DNA from: Octopus vulgaris
Lineage: Eukaryota
Assembly: GCA_951406725.2 (NCBI GenBank)
Contig: OX597825.1
Span: forward strand, 70,308,001-70,372,000
Direction: 5' to 3'
Length of the DNA stretch: 64,000 nucleotides
Part shown: positions 54,208 to 64,000 of the stretch, one piece after another
How the letters are laid out: every line of letters starts with the position of its first letter
Position numbering within the stretch: position 1 is the first letter of the stretch
The notes under the pieces: model-generated
Databases searched by the model: none
What the model was told of the DNA's origin: nothing
Seen by the model: the letters and a program-made list of their open reading frames with translations, nothing else
Position numbers and translations under genes: made by a program

Positions 54208-54525
54208 GACAGTAGTAGTAGTAGTAGTGGTGGTGGTGGTGACAGTAGTAGTAGTAGTGGTGGTGGTGGTGGTGACAGTAGTAGTAGTAGTGGTGGTGGT
54301 GGTGGTGACAGTAGTAGTAGTAGTGGTGGTGGTGGTGGTGGTGACAGTAGTAGTTGTAGTGGTGGTGGTGGTGGTGGTGGTGACAGTAGTAGTAGTAGTA
54401 GTGGTGGTGGTGACAGTAGTAGTAGTAGTAGTGGTGGTGGTGGTGACAGTAGTAGTAGTAGTAGTAGTAGCTGTAGCATTGGTAGTGTTGGTGGTGGTGG
54501 TGGTGGTGGTGGTGGTGGTAGCAGT
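54118..54525. repeat. Higher-order trinucleotide repeat [(GTG)n ACA (GTA)n] x8
   Basis: Directly visible. Confidence 0.9.
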
Positions 54526-54955
54526 AGCTGCTGAGGGCCACTGCTGCGGAAAGGAGAAGCAGTAAGTACTGCAGTAGAGGCTGCGATGAGTTGTATGCAC
54601 AAATTTTCATTGAAACTTGGTTGGAAGTTTGTACTTTAAGCGCTTCCAAACGAAAACTTTAAACACGCACACACATACACATACACATCCTTTCACACGC
54701 ATACACAAGCACTAACAAACATATATACAAACTCATGCAAGCCCATAAAACACACGCATACGCTTACATATACAGGCAGATACACACGCTTCCGTGTATG
54801 TATATATTTGATTTGAAAACCCCACTGGAATGGGAGAAAGCGCTAATTATCTGAATGATATGATCTGAATGATATGATATATATATGTAAAAAATGTAAT
54901 ATATAAATAAATATCTGTAAATATGAACCATCCGATCTTCTGATTACCTCATTTC

Positions 54956-54995
<40 letters not shown>

Positions 54996-55164
54996 AGACG
55001 GGCTTCTTTCAGTTTCCGTCTATCAAATCTACTCATAAGGCTTTGGTCGGCCCGAGGCTATAGTAGAAAACGCTTGCTTAAGGTACCACGCAGTGAGACT
55101 GAACCCGGAACCAGGTGGTTGGGAAGCGAGCTACTTACCACACAGCCAGACACTCCTGCGCTTA

Positions 55165-55239
<75 letters not shown>

Positions 55240-55433
55240 AATAATATATAAATATATGCATATAAACATACATATATATTTATACATGCATATATGGGTA
55301 CAGGACATCAAAAAAATGTAGACAACGAAAACATAAAAACAAAAACATACAAAACTAACTTTTATTTAAACAACGAAAAAACAGAAACGCGACAGGCAAC
55401 ACAAAGAACATACCCCTTCATCAGTTGTCCCCT

Positions 55434-55490
<57 letters not shown>

Positions 55491-55736
55491 ATCCAAACAA
55501 GAAAAAAACAATAACACGTGGACGTGGTACAAGTATTGTATTATCAGACGCACAGGAAAGGAATGAAAGAGGATTTAGCGTTTCGAGCAAAGTTCTTTTT
55601 CAGAAATAGAGTAAAGTCCAAAGGAAGGGAAGTCAGAGGAAGAAAATTGCCAACGATACACATGTGGTTACATTTTGAAATGTATATATATATGTATATA
55701 TATATATGTGTGTGTGTGTATATATGTGTATGTATG

Positions 55737-55805
<69 letters not shown>

Positions 55806-55807
<2 letters not shown>

Positions 55808-56207
55808 CCCTAGGACAGAGTTATTATTGGCGGAGTCATTTCCGAATGTCGGAGGATGGTCCGGAATTTTATGAAGAAATCTGTCCAGCGAACTTTTGAA
55901 TTTTATGGGCTCCGTTTCCGTTTTGGTTTGGTATTAAAGACAGCTGGACCGGTTAAGGCAAAGTAGTTGTGACGTAATGTTGTTATGCGTCCTCCTGAGT
56001 TCGATTTTTTGTAGTGGGTGGATAGCACCGGGGCCAAGTCTCGGACGGATTTTAAAATTGATGCCAACATCATTTGTGCAATATTGATGGAATATTTTCC
56101 ACATCATACAAATGATGTAGCACTTCCGGTGGCGTTGGAGAGAGCAGAGATTGAGTTTTTCGAGTCGACCCCAATAGTCAATGCCTCTCATGCCGTCTAT
56201 CTTTCTT
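55806..56207 (-). pseudogene. CR1/Jockey-group LINE ORF2 C-terminal fragment
   Basis: RKIDGMRGIDYWGRLEKLNLCSLQRHRKCYIICMMWKI. Confidence 0.7.
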
Positions 56208-56248
56208 ATGTATGTATGTATGTATGTATGTATGTATGTATGTATGTA

Positions 56249-56287
<39 letters not shown>

Positions 56288-56528
56288 GTGTGTGTGTACA
56301 GACACAGAATAATTTCCGTGAATTCTAACGGCTTAATTTTCAGTAGTCACGAACGCAAACATACACACAGTAACTGTATATATTTGCATTTCTGAGTGTT
56401 TATATACAGTGTGTGTATATACTTGTGTGTCAATACATGTTTATATGTATGTATGTGTGTATAAACACACACACGCATGCTTATATGCATATAATATATA
56501 GGCCCATGCTTATATGCATATAATATAT

Positions 56529-57412
56529 AGGCGCAGGAGTGGCTGTGTGATAAGTAGCTTGCTAACCAACCACATGGTTCCGGGTTCAGTCCCACTGCGT
56601 GGCATCTTGGGCAAGTGTCTTCTGCTATAGCCCCGGGCCGACCAATGCCTTGTGAGTGGATTTGGTAGACGGAAACTGAAAGAAGCCCGTCGTATATATG
56701 TATATATATGTGTTTGTGTGTCCGTGTTTGTCCCCCTAGCATTGCTTGACAACTGATGCTGGTGTGTTTATGTCCCCGTCACTTGGCGGTTCGACAAAAG
56801 AGACCGATATAATAAGTACTGGGCTTACAAAGAATAAGTCCCGGGGTCGATTTGCTCGACTAAAGGCGGTGCTCCAGCATGGCCGCACTCAAATGACAGA
56901 AACAAGTAAAAGAGTAAAAGAGTATATATATATATATGCATCTGTATTTGTGAGTGAGAATATACGTATGTATACATTCATGTATATATCTTTCGCATGC
57001 ATCTTTTGTCTGTACCTGAGTGTGTGTGTAATTCACACACACACATTCTGAGTTCCAATTCCGCCGAGGTCAACTTTGCTTTTCATCCTCTCGGGGTCGA
57101 TAAATTAAGTTCCAGTCACGCACTGGGGTCGATGTAATCGACTTAATCCCTTTGTCTGTCCTTTTTGTCCCCTCTATGTGTATAGCCCCTTGTGGTCAGT
57201 AAAGAAATAAGAAACATTAAGCACGCCAGGCAAAATGCTTATCGGCATTTCGTCTGTCTTTGCGTTCTGAGTTCAAATTCCACCGAGGTCGACTTTGCCT
57301 ATCATCCTTTCGGGGTCGATAAATTAAGTACCTGTTGTGTACTGGTGTCGATCTAATCGACTCCCCCCTCCCTACCGCAAAATTTCGGTCCTTGTGCCTA
57401 GAGTAGAAAAGA
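56529..57412 (+). mobile_element. SINE A (56529-56922) followed by SINE B modules (57046-57412)
   Basis: Match family consensi. Confidence 0.85.
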
Positions 57413-57453
57413 ATATACTTTCACCGAAAGATTGCCATACACGCACGCGCGCA

Positions 57454-57494
<41 letters not shown>

Positions 57495-57950
57495 CTGGCT
57501 TTCGCACAGCTTCTGTCTCTTAGATTTGCTCACAGACCCATTGGTCATCACGGTGCTACAGTACAAGAAAGTGTACCCACGTTGGCGCGCAGGTAGGACT
57601 GAACCCGAAACCTGTTGGTGTCTAACCGAGATTCTCAAGCATACAGTCATGCCTACGCCCTTCTATATTCATTCATTTATATATTTACATATTTATTTGC
57701 AGACTCACCCCTGCGGCTGTAGACTCACGCCTAGTCTGTTAGAGGTGTGTCTCACCGATCTCCCTTCCCATGTAGGCTTATCGTAAACCATCCTTTAAAG
57801 TGAGTCGCATGCCTGAAGCGCGTAGTGTAGGAATATTATACACACCCACACGCCCAACCCACAAACGGTGTGTGTGTGTGTGTGTGTGTGTGGATATGTT
57901 TCTGCGTGCGTACATGTGTGTGTACTCCGGTTCTGCCCTCACGAATTTTG

Positions 57951-58204
57951 GGTACCACTCAAGGAGAGTGGTCCCGGTGCGCGCACTCGCGTACCCGCGC
58001 GTCCGCGCTAGCTAGTCGTGACTAGTCGATCCTACAACGACTACCTAGCAGAATAGTTTTTTTTGCACAAAGTAAATAATTTTTTTTTTTTAAAAAGTAA
58101 ATAAAACAAAAACACCGAGTAAGGATCGACTAGTCACGACTAGCTAGCGCGGATGCGCGAGTACGCGAGTGCGCGCACCGGGACCACTCTTCTTAAGTAG
58201 TACC
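57951..58204. mobile_element. Merlin-like MITE with ~83-bp GC-rich TIRs
   Basis: GGTAC...GTACC termini, perfect 8-bp TSD gaattttg (57943-57950, 58205-58212). Confidence 0.85.
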
Positions 58205-58713
58205 GAATTTTGATGTATGTACGTCCAGCTTGTATGTTTACGGCAAAACTACTTATTTAACCATAAATATTTTTCACGCACATACACATCCTTCAACCGC
58301 GTTGCGTTGCTGAAAGTCCAGCCGTAACCTGAAGTGTCGTTACGTGGAACATAGTTGCATTACTTTACTTAAACTTAGTTGCATTTCCCTTTACCAAATC
58401 CACTCACAAGGCTTTGGTCGGCCCGAGGCTATAGTAGAAGACACTTGCCCAAGGTGCCACGCAGTAGGAATGAACCCGGAACCATGAGGTTGGTAAGCAA
58501 GCTATTTACCACACAACCACTCCTGCGCCTAAACTTTTTTTTTAATTTCGAAAAATTAAAAAAAATTTTTTTTCTTCATAGTCGAGTGAATTCCCGTGTG
58601 TACAAATTGGCAAAGATTTTCTGAAAATTCCCCTCCTCCCCAAAAATGAAAAATAATTGAGGGGTTGAAACGGTGGGCTCAAAAGCAGAGTTACGCCGTA
58701 TTTTGCTATAGGT

Positions 58714-58932
58714 CGGTGGTTCTCAACTATTTTCTACCTATGGACCCCTTTAATTCCTATCTTACTCGGATGGACCCTCCAAGTCATTCGGAGGAATTGT
58801 ATATATATAAAAAAAAATTAGATATTTTGTGAATTGAAGAAGGGTAACAAATTAATTGCGGATAACTTTTAACAACAAAATCTTATATGGAGCCCTAAGG
58901 GGTCAATGGTGGATCCTGGTTGTGAACCACTG
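58714..58932. mobile_element. hAT-like MITE (a related right end at ~30685-30808)
   Basis: cggtggttctcaac ... gttgtgaaccactg. Confidence 0.6.
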
Positions 58933-59422
58933 CAATTGGTAAAGTTGCGGTCGAACTAATAAAAGTACACATGTGTATGTATGTATGTATGTATGTATGT
59001 ATGTATGTATGTAGGCATGTATGCATGTATGTATGTATGTATGTATGTATGTATGTATGTATGTATGTATGTGTGTGTGTATGCATGTATGTATGCATGT
59101 ATGTATGCATGTATGTATGCATGTATGTATGTGTGCGTATGTATGTATGTATGTATGTATGTATGTATGTGTGTGTGTGTACGTATGTACGTATGTATGT
59201 ATGCATGTAGGTAGGTTGGTTGGTTGGTAGGTAGGTGTATATGTATGCGGAGGGGAAGCGTGCAATGGCGCCTTTGGCTGACTGTATGGAAGGCCAACAA
59301 TGTCAGCACTATACTTAACGTTATCACTTTTGATCATCTACATCTGTATACCATAACATCTTTGTTGTTTTTCTCTCTCTGTCTTTTCTTTCCCTCTCTC
59401 ATCTCTCTCTCCACCACCACCC

Positions 59423-59489
<67 letters not shown>

Positions 59490-60100
59490 TTTACCATCCC
59501 GATTCCACCTCTCATGCACGATTAAAAAAAGTAGGGTTGTATGCAATACAATGTTTTTCGTGCCATTAATTTAGTGTAAGATTTTGTGTTGATTATATTA
59601 ATTTAACCCTAATTTAGCAGTAACATAACACAACAATTAAGACTCATACATTCATGCGTGTTTATATGTACATACATAATTACATGATGGCCGCGACTAG
59701 ATTTCGAACAATGTCATCATCGCTTGATTGTTCTCTTAAACACGAGCTGCACAGATGTGGTCTTACAGTCCTGCTTGGTACCCACTCCCTTTTGCACATA
59801 TGTGGTAATGATGAGTGACTCTTACTGAAGAGTTGCGAGGACTTACCAGTCTGGCTGACACATGCCTTCATTCAATCATTGGATTTTATTGAGTGCTTTC
59901 CCTATACCCGAAGGTGTTAAAATACCCTTTGCCTATACCAGAAGCTGTTAAAAACGAGCTAATCTCATTCCCTAAACAACGTAGGAATTGTATATAAAAA
60001 ATTGTTAATATATTTTGGGGTCGATCTACGTCACTGTTTATGTGGAATTTATGTGTACTTGTAGAAGCAACATTTGTAGAACATAGGAAGAAGGTTAGGA

Positions 60101-60509
60101 ACTCTTTACTCTTTTACTCTTTTACTTGTTTCAGTCATTTGACTGCGGCCATGCTGGAGCACCGCCTTTAGTCGAGCAAATCGACCCCGGGACTTATTCT
60201 TTGTAAGCCCAGTACTTATTCTATCGGTCTCTCTTTTGCCGAACCGCTAAGTGACGGGGACGTAAACACGCCAGCATCAGTTGTCAAGCAATGCTAGGGG
60301 GGACAAACACAGACACACAAACATATACACACATATACATATATATATACATATATACGACAGGCTTCTTTCAGTTTCCGTCTACCAAATCCACTCACAA
60401 GGCTTTGGTCGACCCGAGGCTATAGTAGAAGACACTTGCCCAAGGTGCCACGCAGTGGGACTGAACCCGGACCATGTGGTTGGTAGACAGGCTACTTACC
60501 ACACAGCCT
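60101..60509 (-). mobile_element. SINE family A
   Basis: Near full-length match. Confidence 0.85.
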
Positions 60510-60729
60510 GTAACTTTATTTAAAAAATCGAAAATTAACCTTCTTCCCAACTCTATAAACAAAAACGAAGACGTGAATGATATAAGACCGCCATGAGGTT
60601 TCACAGCTGGCGACATTCCAACAGATTCTATAGTGCCTGCCAGCCAAACTACATTACTGGCTCAAGTAACTGACCACTGGACCTCTATAACGACTATGGT
60701 AAATAGCAGGCACAACCGCAACGATTACT

Positions 60730-60800
<71 letters not shown>

Positions 60801-60807
60801 AGTAGTA

Positions 60808-60872
<65 letters not shown>

Positions 60873-60959
60873 GGTAGTCAGGATTATATGCCAGTGAAAT
60901 GTGCCCTTACGGAAATTTTCCGAGGAAAAATAACTTTGGCTTTGAAGTAATCTCACGAG

Positions 60960-63657
60960 GAGAGAGTATTCTCTACCAAAGTAAGTAAGAAAACACCAGA
61001 TGCAGTATTAAAAGCTGTTAAAGAAATTGGTGATGTGTATTTACATCTTTGTGATGAGTCCACATACTGGCAGATTAACGCCTGCTTATATTCTCTGGCT
61101 GCTACTGTAAAACAGTAAATGAATGATATTCAAAAAGTAAAGGAAACTGAAATAACAAAGAAAGTACCATCATGGGTTTTGAAGACAGAGAAAAAGATAA
61201 CTGATTTACGGAAGACCATAAGTCATGTAATGATGCTTATTGCATGCAAACAAGTAAATCATTATACGTCCCACCAACAGAATGTAAAGAAGAGGATAGA
61301 AATGATAATGCAAACTGATTACTCTCAAGCAGGAGCTAAAAGCTGTCAGTGAAAAACTCCGACATCAAAAGTAAATAACCGAGAGAAGAACAATAAACAA
61401 AAAATCTAATTGCAACCAGGCAGCAGTATACAGAGACATGAGAGGAGGAGCAGTAAACATCACGGAAGCTCCTTTGCGAAAAGACATTGATTCCTTCTGG
61501 AGGAAAATCTGGAGTGAAGAGAAGGAATTTAACCAAGATGCTTTATGGCTGGAAGAAATCCGAAAAAGTTAATACTCCTGGGTTACAGCCAAGACATACA
61601 ACATTGATGGTGAAACTCTTGCAGCTCTGATCCAGAAACTCCAGGATGGAAAAAGTACCTGGAAGAGACTTGACTGTTAGATATTGGTACAAGAAGCTAA
61701 CATTCTACTGATCATATCAATCTGTACCAGTAAGCTTTCATTGGGAACAGTAACATACCAAACTTGTTAGCTCTGGTAGAGACAAAATTGATCCCCAAAT
61801 GCAGAACCACCCACATGGCAAAAAACTACCGACCAGAATTTAATGTATAAGATATGTATAGCATGTTTAAACCTCTTCCTCCAGGACCATTATGAAACCA
61901 ATAACATTATCACAGCAGAACAAGCAGCTGGAAAGAGGGGAGTCTGGGGATGTGCCGAACAATTGCTAATCAACAAAACTGTGATGTCAGAAGTGCGAGA
62001 GCATAGGAGGAACCTAGTTTCAATGTGGCTAGAATACAAGAAAGCCTTTGACTCTGTTCCCCACTCATGGATGTTAGAAACCCTTTAACTTGCTGAAGTT
62101 CCAGTGAGAATAGTCAAGGCTATAGCTGACCTGACTTCATCGTGGGCCACTATCTTGAAATTAAACATGAAAAGTGACTGTATTATCACCGATAGAATAC
62201 AATATCGCAAAGGCATATTCCAAGGAGACAGCCTCTCTGTGATGTTGCTTATATTTTCTGTAAACCCCTTGTCAAACCCTCTTGTCAAAATACGTTTCAC
62301 TAAAGAATATTACAGCCGAATAAAGAAATTTGGACCTCAGAACTCTTTGCATTCAATAAAACAGTAGCCCACAATGTGTTTGCAGTGCCAGTACCCATAC
62401 CAACATTTGGGCTGCTTGATTAGACACTTGATGAGATCCGAGCCATTGATGTGAAAACACGAAAAATACTAACAAGTACACATAATTTCCACATGAACAG
62501 TGACGTAGACCGCCTCTACCTAAAACGGAAACAAGGCGGTAGAGGCTTAACATCGATCCAAAATGCCTTTGAATGTCGCATCATATCCCTTCGGAAACAT
62601 CTTTTAACCACCAATTTTCGAAGTGCGTCTCTTGACCAAGTTTGCATACATGAGGCTGATAACATCATAAGACTTGGAAGGCAGCTCTTTGAGCAACAGT
62701 CTTTGTCTGATAACCTAGAATACATGCCCGAAGAAATCGCACGACTCTATCGCAACACATCAGATGAAAAGATAAGTTTATATGAGTAGAAGACTATGCA
62801 TGGATATGTTAGTAGAAAGCTCCGTGATGATAGTAACATCGATCATCAAAGCAATTTATCAGGACCAATAGCAGGATTACTACCTCCCACTTTGAAGGGC
62901 ATGCATTTGCAATCCAGGAACAGGAAATATCAACCAACTGCCTGATGCACAAAAGGGATAGAGATGCAGGAAAAGCCGTAAAATGTGACAACCGATGCAG
63001 ACTTTGTGGAGTTCATACTGAAGATATCACCCACATCATAAGCAGTTGTCCGAAAATATCATGACGGTATTATCTACCGATGAGACATGGCGTTGTAGCT
63101 AGGATACTCTATAATGAAATCCGTCGGAAGGACAATCCCGAGGACAAAGGAATGAGAATCCACAATATGGTAGAAGCCATAGCCACCCACATTAAAAAGG
63201 AATACTGGTGGAATGTACCAGTGAAGATCTCAATAAAATTTAAGCACAACAGGCCTGATATGATTTGGGATAGAGAAGAGAAACTTTGCGACGTGTTTCT
63301 GCCGATCATTTCCGTAAATCTGCAGTAATCTGTGGAAATTAGCTGCCCAGCTGAAGATCAGTGAAAAAGAGAACACCTATGTTGAACTATTGAGAAATCT
63401 GCAGTTAGTCTATCCAGATTACAAGTTCAGGTTTGTACCTGTAATTATTGGGGCTCCAGGATATGTAACACACTGCCTAAATTCCAATCTTGAGAAAGGA
63501 GAAAGCTAATTCGAAGACTACTGATCCAATCCATCACTGGAACTGTAAAAATCTGTATAACTTTCCAGAAGTTTATCATTTAGATATATATGAACATGTC
63601 TATATATGCAACTATATGCATGAGAATACATAAATAAAACGTACAAATCCGCACATT
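60960..63657 (+). mobile_element. Decayed R4/Dong-clade non-LTR retrotransposon (RT, CCHC, restriction-like endonuclease)
   Basis: WLEYKKAFDSVPHSW, KGIFQGDSLS, DVDRLYLKRKQGGRGL, AIQEQ, CRLC..EDITHIISSC, RH, HNRPD, VPVIIG; many stops and deletions; followed by (CATA)n. 5' boundary approximate. Confidence 0.88.
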
Positions 63658-64000
63658 CATACATACATACATACATACATACATACATACATACATACAT
63701 ACATACAACCATACAGACAGACAGACAGACAGACTGAACATTATCATCTTTAAAATCAACATGAAAGAAATTAAATACCTCCCATAAAGTAGTGAATAAT
63801 GAAAAATCATGTCACAACCTAAAAGCAATTTCTTCGATGGAATCCTCGAATCTATTTCCTGGAATCCTAAACTATCCCTTCGATGTTGGTGGTGATGGTG
63901 ATGGGGGGGGAGAAGAATCCTCCACACTGGACATCCACCCACATCAGGTTAAGTATTGCAGATCAAGATGGTTATTTATATTCGCCCTTGTTATGGTAGT

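Noticed and set aside
59798-59865. Box C (ATGATGA) / box D (CTGA) snoRNA-like pattern
   Set aside because: Short, terminal stem out of register, no guide target recognised

Overview
AT-rich, microsatellite-saturated eukaryotic DNA. The SINE repertoire resembles octopus/cephalopod genomes (inference). No intact host gene can be supported, and nearly all ORFs in the track are simple-repeat or SINE noise. Recognisable content: dozens of tRNA-derived SINEs from at least 4 modular families, three decayed Tc1/mariner transposons, hAT/pogo/Merlin-like MITEs, a non-autonomous Helitron, and LINE remnants (R4/Dong-like, CRE-like, CR1-like). The main hidden signal is a dense set of hammerhead-ribozyme (HHR) motifs read directly from the sequence: about 15 complete or near-complete motifs plus several halves, in roughly 8-10 short non-coding families. 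Most lie next to (TA)n tracts and often form inverted or tandem arrays, as Penelope-like elements (PLEs) and retrozymes do. Highlights: (i) a near-identical 593-bp HHR unit in a 2.35-kb tandem+inverted array (27788-30138); (ii) a truncated PLE with a GIY-YIG endonuclease and a U3-A8 core variant; (iii) core variants CUGUNGA-A and CCGACGA; (iv) a family whose three hammerhead strands are in reversed order (C-B-A), fitting none of types I/II/III. All pairings were derived by eye; no ribozyme activity is shown.
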